A DNA stretch of 52,934 nt from NCBI GenBank assembly GCA_029939835.1, contig JAOZSE010000001.1, positions 1 to 52,934 on the forward strand, written 5' to 3'. Under the pieces are notes generated by a model. That model was not told where the DNA came from, ran no database searches, and was given only the letters and a program-made list of their open reading frames with translations. The position numbers and the translations under genes are program-made. Below, piece by piece: positions 20,591-31,000 of this stretch; positions within the stretch are counted from its first letter, which is position 1; each line of letters begins with the position of its first letter. The DNA is from Pontiellaceae bacterium. GTDB lineage: Bacteria; Verrucomicrobiota; Kiritimatiellia; Kiritimatiellales; Tichowtungiaceae.

Positions 20591-21523
20591 ATGAACGGTC
20601 TTAAATTCAGGGCTTTGGTGCTGTCGGCGATTATGGCGGCCTGCGCGTTTTCTGTGCCGGCTGAAGATCTGGACGCCGCGCTGGCGGCCCAGAAAAAAAA
20701 GGCTCGTCGTCGTGTTTATACGGACAGTGCTCTGCTTCAGGATCAGAATCTGACCGTTCCAAAGGGGCCTTCCGAAACGGAAAAGGCGGCGGATAAAGAA
20801 TTTTATGCGTCCGAGGATCAGCTGAACGCCTCCTCAGCCTCTCTCTCCAAGACTGCGCCGCCCGTCCCTATAAAGGTGCCCGCTAAGAATAAGAACTGGC
20901 TTACACCCGCCAAAATGGCGGACGAAGAAAAAGACGAAGAGCTGCAGTGGACCGATTATTCCGAAAAAGCCTGGCTCAACAAGTCGGAGCTTCTGATTCC
21001 GAAAAAGTCTGAAGAAAATGAGCGGATCGAACGGATGGTGCAGGAACGTTTGCACCAGCCGCCGCCGGAGATGCCGTCGTTACAGAACGCCCCGGCTGAA
21101 TTCCAGCAGATGCCGCAATATACGGCGCCTCAAGGCACCCTGAACCGCACAGGTCAGGGAGGGGCCTCAATGCCCTCCTACAGGACGCCGGCGGATATTG
21201 CGCAAATGAATCTACGGCCTTCCGTCGGCCCGGGAGGAAAAACCCCGACACAGAGCGGATTGAACCTGCTTACGCCGAGCGCGGCGATAGCGGGTTCAAG
21301 GAATTCGGGTGTGGGCGGCAATTCGCTTCAGTCCCGGAGCCCCACATTGAATTCGCACATTAGAACGCCGACGGCGCTGGCACCTTTAAACATGCTTAAT
21401 CAGAATCAGAGCACAAAGATACTATCCCCGCTTGAGCAGATCCGTAAATCTTCGCCGATCCATCAGCGCGATCCGTTCAGTGAAAATCAGATGCCTGAGT
21501 TAAAAAAGAGCATCTGGGAATAA
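20591..21523 (+). CDS. Secreted hypothetical, Pro/Ser/Gln-rich protein
   Basis: Signal peptide from ATG 20591; low-complexity C-terminal half. Confidence 0.65.
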   Translation: MNGLKFRALVLSAIMAACAFSVPAEDLDAALAAQKKKARRRVYTDSALLQDQNLTVPKGPSETEKAADKEFYASEDQLNASSASLSKTAPPVPIKVPAKNKNWLTPAKMADEEKDEELQWTDYSEKAWLNKSELLIPKKSEENERIERMVQERLHQPPPEMPSLQNAPAEFQQMPQYTAPQGTLNRTGQGGASMPSYRTPADIAQMNLRPSVGPGGKTPTQSGLNLLTPSAAIAGSRNSGVGGNSLQSRSPTLNSHIRTPTALAPLNMLNQNQSTKILSPLEQIRKSSPIHQRDPFSENQMPELKKSIWE

Positions 21524-22225
21524 TTATTCCTCGTCGGTTCCCTCAAGCAGCTTAAACGCCTCTTGCGCCCGTTTGATCTTGCGGTGCTGGGAAAGAAACG
21601 ACTGCATTCTTTCTTCACCCGCGTTTTCGAGCCGCAGCAGCTCCAGCGCGTGTTCCGTTGAGCGAAGGGCTTTGTCATACCGTCCCGCAACATAATAGCC
21701 TTCCGCCAGCGTGTTCCACATGGAAGGTGAATTGGGATCCTCGAGAATTGCCTCGCGGGCGTGCCGCAGTGCTTTTTCGCTGTTTCTCATCTCACCGCCG
21801 GTGGCATAAAGCCAGGAAAGGTTGTTCTGAATCCGTGCGTTTTCGGGATTTTCTTCGGCCAGTTTTTTCAGAATCGGCTCGGCATCCTTATACCGGTGCA
21901 TCTTCAGGTAAAGCGTGCTGAGCCGAAAACGGATCGTGGCGTCTTCCGGATCTTTTTCCAGCGCATGAAGATAGGCGCGTTCCGCCTCCTTGTATTCCCC
22001 TTCATCGGCATACTGCATGCCCGTTTCCAGAAAAAATTTCGGGCGGGTTTCAGGCGGTTCTGTTTCTTCAGCTTGTGCGGCGTCTCCGCTTTCAACCGCG
22101 TTCGTGACGACAGGGCTTTCTTCCTCTGCAGCAGTCTGCGCCGGTGCGGGCTCCGGCGGAGCCTCCTGAGCCGCCAGCGGCAAACCCATGCAAAAAACCA
22201 TCCATAAGAAAAAAAGAATTTTCAT
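21524..22225 (-). CDS. Secreted TPR protein
   Basis: Signal peptide; TPR motifs (NNLSWLYAT, WNTLAEGYY); last gene of the folP-cdaA-cdaR run. Confidence 0.85.
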   Translation of the reverse strand: MKILFFLWMVFCMGLPLAAQEAPPEPAPAQTAAEEESPVVTNAVESGDAAQAEETEPPETRPKFFLETGMQYADEGEYKEAERAYLHALEKDPEDATIRFRLSTLYLKMHRYKDAEPILKKLAEENPENARIQNNLSWLYATGGEMRNSEKALRHAREAILEDPNSPSMWNTLAEGYYVAGRYDKALRSTEHALELLRLENAGEERMQSFLSQHRKIKRAQEAFKLLEGTDEE

Positions 22226-22231
22226 AGCAAA

Positions 22232-23212
22232 TCACATTTTTTTAACGACCACCTGTACAACCGGCGGTTCGATTTTGTCCACCTGTATACCAAAAGGCAG
22301 GTCGGCGCGTACGGGAACCTCATACTGTGCCGGCTCGGTCAACTCGGAACAGTCAATATACGCATACACTTCCTTCACATTCAGAGCAGAGATCCGCTGC
22401 GGACTGCCCCGCAGGATCAGGGTTACTTTTTCCGGCCGAATTTTCACCACGCGGCTGTCGTCCGAGGTCAGCAGCGGCCGCACATAGATGTTTTCCACCC
22501 GCTGCGTAGCCACGCGCTCAATCAGATTCAGCTCCACCAGCACCCGGTCCGGATCTGCTTTCCACGACGGACCGGGAACGACCACGGAAGCATGGGTCTT
22601 AAACGGAAGATACCGCCCGTCCAGACTGATTGGCTCGGTCCTGATTTGTTCAATACCCTGCAAAAGCCGCTCGGCACCGCGTACTTTCACGGAGGCCGGG
22701 ATGCAAACCGCCTTTTCAACCTCAATGCCTTCCGGCAGCTCGCCCTCAAAAGCGGCTTTCACCGGCAACGCCCGCTCCACCTCGCGGTCAATCGTGACGG
22801 TCACTTCGGCGGGCTCAAAAAAGACCGCGTGAGCGCGCGAAGGCGCCCCAACATGGCGCGGAGTCAGCCGGATCGTCTGCCGCAGCCGATCCGTGCGTCC
22901 GGATAAGTCCACCTCCACCGACACCTGATCGCGGCTTAGGAAGCGAAGGTCCTCTCGCGACCCGCGGAAACGAACGCTGACCACATCAATGGATTGATCC
23001 AGAATGGCCAGTCCTTCGTCCACTGCGATCTTGACCGGCACATCGGTCACCACCGCCTCAAAACTGGTATTTTCGCGAATGCTCTGCCAGACGGCAAAAG
23101 CCAGAGCCAGACAGACGAGCTTCAGGATCAAGTTGCGGCTCATCGTTTCCCGCAAGAGGATCCATGCATTTTTCCGCAAGCGCTTCGGCCCTGGTTTTGT
23201 TTTATCCGTCAT
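22232..23212 (-). CDS. CdaR/YbbR-domain regulator of diadenylate cyclase
   Basis: N-terminal TM plus three YbbR-like repeats (V.V..RG, P.EVTV); 4-bp overlap with cdaA. Confidence 0.85.
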   Translation of the reverse strand: MTDKTKPGPKRLRKNAWILLRETMSRNLILKLVCLALAFAVWQSIRENTSFEAVVTDVPVKIAVDEGLAILDQSIDVVSVRFRGSREDLRFLSRDQVSVEVDLSGRTDRLRQTIRLTPRHVGAPSRAHAVFFEPAEVTVTIDREVERALPVKAAFEGELPEGIEVEKAVCIPASVKVRGAERLLQGIEQIRTEPISLDGRYLPFKTHASVVVPGPSWKADPDRVLVELNLIERVATQRVENIYVRPLLTSDDSRVVKIRPEKVTLILRGSPQRISALNVKEVYAYIDCSELTEPAQYEVPVRADLPFGIQVDKIEPPVVQVVVKKM

Positions 23213-24048
23213 CGCCCGCTGTCTCCGAAAATAAAATTGAGCTGTCCGTTATCTTCGCGCTTATTCCGGCGGCCCAGCCGCTGAAAGCCGCCGTTCCGGC
23301 CCAGAAAGGTAGAAAGCACCCGGCGCAGGTGTGGATCGTCAAACCCGCTTTTGAGGCGTCCATTATAAGCGATGGAAACCGCGCCGGTTTCCTCGGACAC
23401 TACGATCACCACGGTGTCTGATTCCTCCGTCATGCCGATAGCGGCGCGATGGCGAGTGCCAAGGTTGCGCGCGACATCCTCGTTCTGCGTCAGCGGGAAA
23501 ACACAGCCTGCCGCCGCAATGCGGTCTTCACTGATAATGACTCCGCCATCGTGCAACGGTGCGCCGGGAAAAAAGAGAGAGGACAGCAGTTCTGCGCTGA
23601 CCTCGCTGTTGAGCTCCACACCGGTATCCTGGATGATTTTGGTTCCGACCTCGCGCTCAATAGCAATCAGCGCCCCGATCTTGCGCGAAGAGAGGAGCAA
23701 TACGGCATCGGCAATGGGGTCGGCCATGGCGCGGCGCGCCTTGCCCGCCAGAAAAATGCCCTGCCGTCCCAGTCGCGCCAGCGCACGGCGGATTTCCGGC
23801 TGAAAAATTACAATCAACGCCAGTGCCAGATAGAGCATCAGCTTCTGCAGCAGCCAGTTGAGAATCTGAAGATTGGTGAGCCGGGTGATGACAATCAGGG
23901 TGGCAAACAGAATGGCGAATCCCGTCAGAATGGCTGCACCGCGTGTGCCGCGAAAAAACTTCAGAATATAATAAAAAATCACGGCGAGAATCAGAATCTC
24001 GACCAGTCCGGTCCAATTGGGATATTCAATTCTACTGAGCCACTCCAT
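23209..24048 (-). CDS. cdaA: Diadenylate cyclase CdaA/DacA
   Basis: Three TM helices, FQPEIRRAL, PLHDGG, LGTRHRAA, VSEETG. Confidence 0.96.
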   Translation of the reverse strand: MEWLSRIEYPNWTGLVEILILAVIFYYILKFFRGTRGAAILTGFAILFATLIVITRLTNLQILNWLLQKLMLYLALALIVIFQPEIRRALARLGRQGIFLAGKARRAMADPIADAVLLLSSRKIGALIAIEREVGTKIIQDTGVELNSEVSAELLSSLFFPGAPLHDGGVIISEDRIAAAGCVFPLTQNEDVARNLGTRHRAAIGMTEESDTVVIVVSEETGAVSIAYNGRLKSGFDDPHLRRVLSTFLGRNGGFQRLGRRNKREDNGQLNFIFGDSGR

Positions 24049-24059
24049 TTACGCGTTCC

Positions 24060-24905
24060 TTAGTTGCGCATCATATCCACAAGCTTCGCGGCATCGCAAG
24101 ATTCCTTTACATCATGCACCCGCAAAAGTTGCACGCCGCGCAGTTTGGCAAAAACCGCCGCCGCCAGCGAGCCCGCCAGCCGCTCCTCCGGTATCCGTTC
24201 CAGCAGCCGGCCGATAAAACTCTTGCGGCTCGCGCCGATCAGCACCGGACGCCCGAGCGCCGTCAGCTCTGGAATGCCGCGCAGCAGTGCCAGATTGTGT
24301 TCATCAGTTTTTCCAAACCCGATCCCCGGATCTAGCGCAATCTGCTTCGGCAAAACGCCCTGCTCCGCCGCAAAGGCCATCCGCTCCTCCAGAAAATTCC
24401 GGACGTTGGAAACCACATCGTCATAGCGCGGATCGTTCTGCATCGTTTCCGGCGTACCCTGCATATGCATCAGCACCAGCCCCGCGCCCGTCTCCGAGGC
24501 TACCGCCGCCATGTCCGGGTCGGCCAGCGCCGAAACATCGTTGACGATATCCGCGCCCGCCGCCACAGCCACCCGGGCGACTTCCGCTTTCTGTGTGTCG
24601 ATCGAAATCAGCGCGTCCGTCTGCGCGCGCAGTTTTTCAATGACCGGAATCGTGCGCTCCATTTCTTCCAGGGGCGAAACCGGTGCGGCACCCGGACGGG
24701 TTGATTCGCCGCCGACATCAATGATGTCTGCGCCCTCTGCGACTATTTCGAGGCCGCGCGCCACCGCCTTTTCGGGGTCAACAAACTCGCCGCCGTCCGA
24801 AAACGAATCCGGCGTGACATTCAGAATGCCCATAATCAATGTGCGCGGCCCGCAAACGACCGCCCGCCCGCGGCAGTTCCAGATAATATGGGTTCCTACA
24901 CTCAT
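24060..24905 (-). CDS. folP: Dihydropteroate synthase
   Basis: MGILNVTPDSFSDGG, GGESTRPG, DPGIGFGK, SRKSF, RVHDV; start reassigned to ATG 24905. Confidence 0.97.
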   Translation of the reverse strand: MSVGTHIIWNCRGRAVVCGPRTLIMGILNVTPDSFSDGGEFVDPEKAVARGLEIVAEGADIIDVGGESTRPGAAPVSPLEEMERTIPVIEKLRAQTDALISIDTQKAEVARVAVAAGADIVNDVSALADPDMAAVASETGAGLVLMHMQGTPETMQNDPRYDDVVSNVRNFLEERMAFAAEQGVLPKQIALDPGIGFGKTDEHNLALLRGIPELTALGRPVLIGASRKSFIGRLLERIPEERLAGSLAAAVFAKLRGVQLLRVHDVKESCDAAKLVDMMRN

Positions 24906-24962
24906 AGGGATGATTTTTAACAAAAGGCCGCAAAGAACACGAAGGAAAACAACCCTTGGAAT

Positions 24963-24991
24963 TTGACATTCTTCCAGAGATGTAATACATT
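24963..24991 (+). promoter_or_regulatory. Sigma70 promoter of the RHH-PIN operon with overlapping palindromic operator
   Basis: TTGACA-17 bp-TACATT; palindrome ATGTAATACAT (24980-24990) overlaps the -10. Confidence 0.75.
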
Positions 24992-25009
24992 GTCTTGCGG
25001 GAGGAAAAA

Positions 25010-25225
25010 ATGACAACTTTAACCATACGCCTGCCGGAAAAACTGCGCGCCGACCTCAACGAGGTGAGTCATGGCCAGAATAAACCCGTCAGTGATGTGG
25101 TACGGGATTCACTGCGGCGTTATGTGGCCGTGGAGAAATTCCGGGCCATCCGGAAAAAAATGATCCCCTTTGCAGAGGCTCAAGGCCTTCTCACCGATGA
25201 GGACGTCTTTAAGGCGCTGTCATGA
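25010..25225 (+). CDS. CopG/ribbon-helix-helix antitoxin
   Basis: MTTLTIRLPEKL...SDVVRDSL; SD GGAGG; ATGA overlap with the PIN gene. Confidence 0.85.
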   Translation: MTTLTIRLPEKLRADLNEVSHGQNKPVSDVVRDSLRRYVAVEKFRAIRKKMIPFAEAQGLLTDEDVFKALS

Positions 25226-25626
25226 GGGTTGTTCCCGATGCCAACGTCATTATTGCCGCAGCGATCTCAAGGGGCCTGTGCGAAGCCGTTATGGAACTTT
25301 GCATCGAGGATCACGGCATCTTTCTCTGCCCCGCCATTCTTCGGGAAGTCCGCGAAAAACTGAGCGGCAAACTGAAATACCCCCGGAAATTAACGGATGA
25401 ATATATCCGGACGCTGCGCGAAAGCGCTCAACTGCATAGACCGGCCTCTGTCGAAAAGGGAATCTGCCGCGACCCGGATGATGAAATGATCCTCGGATTA
25501 GCAGACCGCATTCAGGCGGATGTTATCATTTCCGGCGACAAGGATCTGCTTGTTCTCAAGCGCTACAAATCAACCCGCATTCTCACGCCACGTCAGTTCT
25601 GGGAATTCTGCCGCACCAGAGAGTAG
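25222..25626 (+). CDS. PIN-domain (VapC-like) toxin
   Basis: MRVV.DANV, CRDPDD, IISGDKDLL, ILTP. Confidence 0.92.
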   Translation: MRVVPDANVIIAAAISRGLCEAVMELCIEDHGIFLCPAILREVREKLSGKLKYPRKLTDEYIRTLRESAQLHRPASVEKGICRDPDDEMILGLADRIQADVIISGDKDLLVLKRYKSTRILTPRQFWEFCRTRE

Positions 25627-25628
25627 TG

Positions 25629-26600
25629 TTAAGAGGCTTTTTCAATTCGCGCTGCCATCGCGCGGATTTCATCATTCAGCATGTCGCGAAGCTTTTTCGG
25701 GCTTTTGACGGTCACGTAACAGCCCCAGGCCAGAAGCCAGCGCATAACTTCAAAAAGCCCTTTGGCCTGAAATAAAAGTTCGACGTTTCCGTCGCGCCGG
25801 ATATTGACCTGCTGTTTCGGGTGCCATTCCTTTTCCAATACATAGGGAGCAACTTCTTTGTCGAAAACCACTTTCACCGCGTGAGCCTGATTATCCCCGG
25901 CAAAGCGCCGAAAGGTTTCCGTGAGCAGTTTTTCGGTGTCGAATGACTCCGGCATAATGAAGGGCTTGGAAAGCAGTGTTACCTTTTCAATCCGGCCGAC
26001 GGCGAGCTGCCGAATGTCTTCGCTGTCATCAAATCCGACAAACAGATACCACTCCCCTTGCAGGTTGGCCAGATGGTACGGACAGGCATCGAACGATTTT
26101 TGTTTTCCAAAATAGGTGATGCGGAGCATGCGGCGCGTGAGCAGTCCACGCACCACGCTTTTCCAGACGGTTTTGGATATCGGACGCGCCGGAGGCGCGG
26201 TGAACGAAAAGCTGCTGTAGAGCAGTTCGGGATCAATGGAAATCTGCTCCGGCAGCAGCTCCGCAATTTTAGTGAAAATGTTCTGCAACTGCCCTGCCAC
26301 CGGAGTCCCGCGATACTGCTCAAGGGCCTTGGTAGCGATCAACAGTGGAATCAGTTCGCCCTCCTTAAGATTTAAGGCGGGCAAAAACCAGTTTTTATCC
26401 GAGTAAAAATAGCCCTTTTCCTTGCGGCTGTATTCGACAGGTGCGCCCAGCTGGTCGCGCAGAAAATCAATATCCCGCTGAACCGTTTTCTGCGAAACCT
26501 CCCATTCACCCGCAAATGAAAGGCAGTTCGGATGTTTCCCGTCCCGGAGCTGCTGATCCAGCGCCAGTATCCGCGAAAATTGTGACTTCGTTCGAGTCAT
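25629..26600 (-). CDS. HTH-WYL-WCX transcriptional regulator
   Basis: wHTH EVSQKTVQRDIDFLR, WYL domain PYHL...GEWYL...R...RI, WCX MRWLLAWG..V.V..P..LR. Confidence 0.93.
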   Translation of the reverse strand: MTRTKSQFSRILALDQQLRDGKHPNCLSFAGEWEVSQKTVQRDIDFLRDQLGAPVEYSRKEKGYFYSDKNWFLPALNLKEGELIPLLIATKALEQYRGTPVAGQLQNIFTKIAELLPEQISIDPELLYSSFSFTAPPARPISKTVWKSVVRGLLTRRMLRITYFGKQKSFDACPYHLANLQGEWYLFVGFDDSEDIRQLAVGRIEKVTLLSKPFIMPESFDTEKLLTETFRRFAGDNQAHAVKVVFDKEVAPYVLEKEWHPKQQVNIRRDGNVELLFQAKGLFEVMRWLLAWGCYVTVKSPKKLRDMLNDEIRAMAARIEKAS

Positions 26601-26609
26601 GACCGTTGC

Positions 26610-27251
26610 TTATCCTTTATTTTTTCCATTGAGTTCAGCCGATATTTGAAGGAGTAGATTGTCTATTTGCCGAGAAGTCAAATCCGCCTTAAACTCTTTT
26701 TTTATGTACTCTTGCAAAGCAAAACACCGGAGAACAAATCGACAATAGGCCTCATCACCCTCTATTTTCCTTCTCGGCTTCGGGGTGGGAAATTCTATTT
26801 GCGACACAGCTTTCTCTGCACGACTGTCGTAAATGAAAAAGGCGTTGCGTTTGTGAAAATGAAGGTACTTGCTGGCCAGAGAGCGGTTCTTTAAGCCCGA
26901 TATTGTTTCAAATAATGCCGTGAGTTCCGCATGTACTTTTACGGATGCAGCGAACTGCGCGGTCTCCAGGGTTTGATCAGAAATTTCATTCAGCCAAACA
27001 TCTATTTTAGAATTTCTTATTTTAGGAGCGACGTCCGTTTCATAAAAATTCTCTGACGACGGGCCATCTTTTCTCCTTCCCCTTTCAATAGCCGCTGCAT
27101 ACGAGCGCCCAATCAACCAAACCTTGGCAATAATATATTTATGCTCTGTATGCTTTGGGTAATTCTTGCAGAGGTTATAGAGGATTCCGTTCGCAAAATC
27201 CCAATCTGGGTTTACCTTGCTCTGTTTAATCATTTCTTTGGTGATTTTCAT
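26610..27251 (-). CDS. Hypothetical protein, possibly HhH-GPD/DNA glycosylase-like
   Basis: AT-rich ORF ending 9 bp before the WYL start; motif SLASKYLHFH...FFIYDSR; fold is an inference. Confidence 0.65.
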   Translation of the reverse strand: MKITKEMIKQSKVNPDWDFANGILYNLCKNYPKHTEHKYIIAKVWLIGRSYAAAIERGRRKDGPSSENFYETDVAPKIRNSKIDVWLNEISDQTLETAQFAASVKVHAELTALFETISGLKNRSLASKYLHFHKRNAFFIYDSRAEKAVSQIEFPTPKPRRKIEGDEAYCRFVLRCFALQEYIKKEFKADLTSRQIDNLLLQISAELNGKNKG

Positions 27252-27344
27252 TCACGCCCCCATTTTTTTATTCTGCAATATAATACAACTTGCCGGACAT
27301 TCAATGACCCTCGAAAGCAATTTATTTCATAAAATTGATCGGAA

Positions 27345-27377
27345 GGACATCATTTGTCCGTTTGACCGCGATATATT
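27345..27377 (+). promoter_or_regulatory. Candidate WYL-regulator operator plus -10 box
   Basis: Perfect inverted repeat GGACA-N5-TGTCC (27345-27359), TATATT at 27372-27377, ATG at 27385. Confidence 0.55.
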
Positions 27378-27384
27378 GCCTGCC

Positions 27385-27984
27385 ATGAAACATTGCAGGA
27401 TTCAGATTCGCTCGTGCTCCGAGGCGGTCTCCGCTGAGTTCGCGTTTGTCCTTTTACCCTTTCTCGAACGGTTTCTGGGAAAACAGATCCGCCTTCTTCA
27501 GTTCACGGAGGAGGCATACCGCTCAGATTGCCCGTTTATTGATGTTGAAAGCCTAGACTGGATTTCAGCGCCCGATCAGTTGCGCCATTTTGCAAATGAA
27601 GGACACAACCTGCTGATTCTGTCGGAAAAGTTCTGGAACTGGGGGGCAGCGTTTGACTCGGAGGGATTCGAAGCGGAACTGGAAAAATCGGCTGTTTCAG
27701 TCCTTATCATCGGAGCGTATTCAGAAGAACCCTCTTGGGAAGGGTTCTCTGTACACAAGTGGTATGAAGCGGACATCCCCCATGTCCTTGAACAGGTGCT
27801 GGATGGGCATGCGAGGAGCCCCCTGCTCTCGCCGGACGGAACGCTACCCTGTTTTCTGCTTGATCCTGAACAAACCGATCTGGAGGAGAGCCATGTGAAA
27901 GTTTTATCCGGATTTCACGGCGGAACAGTTCCGATAACCCTTGCTTTACAGCCGTTAACCCCGACCAGAAAGGTGAAAAAATGA
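27385..27984 (+). CDS. Hypothetical protein upstream of dnaE
   Basis: Open frame; start reassigned to ATG 27385 to avoid overlap and fit the -10 box; no family recognised. Confidence 0.55.
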   Translation: MKHCRIQIRSCSEAVSAEFAFVLLPFLERFLGKQIRLLQFTEEAYRSDCPFIDVESLDWISAPDQLRHFANEGHNLLILSEKFWNWGAAFDSEGFEAELEKSAVSVLIIGAYSEEPSWEGFSVHKWYEADIPHVLEQVLDGHARSPLLSPDGTLPCFLLDPEQTDLEESHVKVLSGFHGGTVPITLALQPLTPTRKVKK

Positions 27985-28053
27985 GGTCTCTGAAGTTCGG
28001 TCTTTTTTTCGGGAGGCGGTTCGGTAGAATCCCGTTTTGAGCCGAAAGAAAAC

Positions 28054-31000
28054 ATGAAAACCGTACCGTTTTGCCATCTTCATTTTCATACGGAGTACAG
28101 CCTGCTCGACAGCTCGTGCAAGGTGGCTGAGGCGGTCAAAACGGCAGGCGAGCTGGGCCAGGAGCATCTGGCGATTACCGATCACGGTGTGCTGTACGGC
28201 GTGATTGATTTCTACAAACAGGCGCGCAAGGCGGGCATTAAGCCGATTATCGGTTGCGAGGTGTATATCGCCCGCAACGGGATGGATGAAAAAACGTCGC
28301 AGGCGGACAATCTGCATCTCGTCCTGCTGGCGGAGGACAACGAGGGCTATAACAACCTGATGCACCTGGTTTCGCTGGGGCATCTGGAGGGGTTCTATTA
28401 CAAGCCGCGTATTGATAAAAACATTCTCCGGCAGTACAGCAAGGGGCTGATCGGCCTGTCGGCCTGCCTGAAGGGGGAAGTCGCGGAGGCCTGCGCCGAG
28501 GGCGCAGTGGAAAAGGCGGTGCGGCTGGCGCAGGAGTATGCGGACATTTTCGGGCCGGATAACTTTTTCCTTGAGCTGATGGATCACGGCATTCCGGAGC
28601 AGAAAACCGCCAATAAACACCTCATTGAAGTCGCAAAGCAAACGGGCCTGCCGCTGGTGGCGACCAACGACGTACACTATCTCCGGCAGGAGCACCGCGA
28701 CGCGCACGATGTGATGATCTGCCTGCAACAGGGCAATGTGCTTTCCGACACCGGACGCATGCGCTACGAGGGCGACCAGTTTTACATGAAGAGCGGCGCG
28801 GAAATGCTGCGGCTTTTCCCGGAACATCCGGAGGCGCTGGCCAATACGATGGAGATCGCCCACCGCTGCAACGTCGAGTTTGATCTTGAGAACCCTCCGC
28901 TCCACTTCCCGACCTACGACCTTCCCGAAAAGGGAATGTCGCAAAAAGACTACCTCATCCAAATCGGCAAGGAAGGCCTGCGCGGCCTTTACGGCGTGGA
29001 AAACCTCGACGCGCCGAAGGACGAAAAGGAAAAAGAGATCGCCGAACGTTTTTCTTACGAGGTCGGCATCATCGAAAAGACCGGCTTCATCAACTATTTC
29101 CTCGTGGTGCAGGATTTCATCCGCTACGCGAAAGAACACGGCATTCCGGTCGGCCCGGGTCGCGGGTCGGGCGCAGGCAGCCTGCTGGCCTACGCACTGG
29201 GCATCACTGCACTCGACCCGCTGCATTACGGCCTGATCTTCGAGCGCTTTCTCAACCCCGACCGCGTGTCGCCGCCGGACTTCGACATTGATTTCTGTCA
29301 GGCACGGCGGGAAGAGGTAATTGAATACGTTAAGGAAAAATACGGCCGCGAAAACGTCGCGCAGATCATCACCTTCGGAACGCTCGGCGCCAAGACGGTG
29401 ATCCGCGATATCGGCCGCGTGCTGGAAAAGCCGCTGGGCGACTGCGACAAGCTCGCCAAAATGGTGCCGGAAACACCGGGGACCACCCTCCAGAAAGCCG
29501 TGGATGAAAATCCCGATTTTAAGCGCGCCATAAAACAGAATCCCGACGCCCGGGACATCATGAAGCACGCGTGGATTCTTGAAGGCCTGCCGCGGCACAC
29601 CGGCACGCACGCGGCGGGCGTGGTGATCGGTGAAAAGCCGCTGATTGATATTCTTCCGCTCGCACGGGATAAAAACAAAGAGGTAATTACCCAGTTTGAA
29701 ATGAAGCCGATGGAGTCCATCGGCCTGCTAAAGATGGATTTCCTCGGGCTGAAAACGCTAACGGTGATTCAGGAGGCCGTTGCCCAGATTCGTGCCACTC
29801 ACGGCCTTGAGCTGGACATACAGCGGATTCCGCTCGACGACCAAAAAACCTATGACCTGCTCAACCGCGGCGACACGATCGGCGTGTTTCAGGTGGAAAG
29901 CCCCGGCATGCGCGATACGCTGCGCAAGATCGGCCTCGACCGCGTCGAAGACCTGATCGCCATGATCGCGCTCTACCGCCCGGGCCCGATGCAGTTCATT
30001 GATGAATTCATCGCGCGCAAGCACGGCAAGGTGGAGATTAAATACGACCACCCGCTGCTCGAAGAGATTCTCAAAGAAACGTATGGCATTATCGTTTATC
30101 AGGAGCAGATTCAGCAGGCGGCCAACAAGCTGGCAGGTTTCTCGCTCGGTCAGGGCGACATTCTACGCCGGGCCATGGGTAAAAAAGACAAAGCCGTCAT
30201 GGCCGCCCAACGTGAACATTTCCTGACTGGCTGCAAGGAAACCAACAACATAGACCGGAAGCTGGGCGGAAAACTCTGGGAGATGATTGAAAAGTTCGCG
30301 GAATACGGCTTCAACAAATCGCACAGCGCCGCGTATGGAATCATCTCCTATCAAACGGCCTGGCTGAAGGCCAACTACCCCGAAGAATTCATGGCCGCCC
30401 TGCTCTCCAGCGAAATGGGCAATCCCGACAAGCTCTCCTTCCTGCTCGCCGAGGCGCGCGAAATGGGTCTTAACGTGCGTGCGCCGAGCGTCAACGAAAG
30501 TATCGCGCGCTTCCGTCCCGCAAAGGGCGCCATTCACTTCGGGCTGGCGGGCGTCAAAAATGTCGGCGCCGGTGCGGTCGAAGCGCTGACCGCCGAGCGC
30601 GAAGCCAACGGCCCGTTTGAAGGGCTGATGGATTTCTGCATCCGCATGGACTCGCGCGAAGTCAACCGCAAGACGGGGGAGAGCCTCATTAAATGCGGCG
30701 CATTCGATTTCTGCAAAAAACCGCGCAGCCGCCTGTTCGCGGGCCTTGAAATGGCCCTGGGCCGCGCCGCGGCGGTGCAGCGCGACCAGACTGCGGGTCA
30801 GGGGTCGCTCTTCGATATGCTCGACAGCGGCCCGGCGCAAAATACGGATGATGATCTGCCGGACGTCGAGCCGTGGCCGGACAGCGAAATGCTTTCGGCG
30901 GAAAAGGAACTGATCGGGTTTTATATTTCCGGCCACCCGCTGGCATCGCACGAATGGGATCTGAACACCTTTGCGCTGCAGCGGATCGGCGAGTTAGGCG

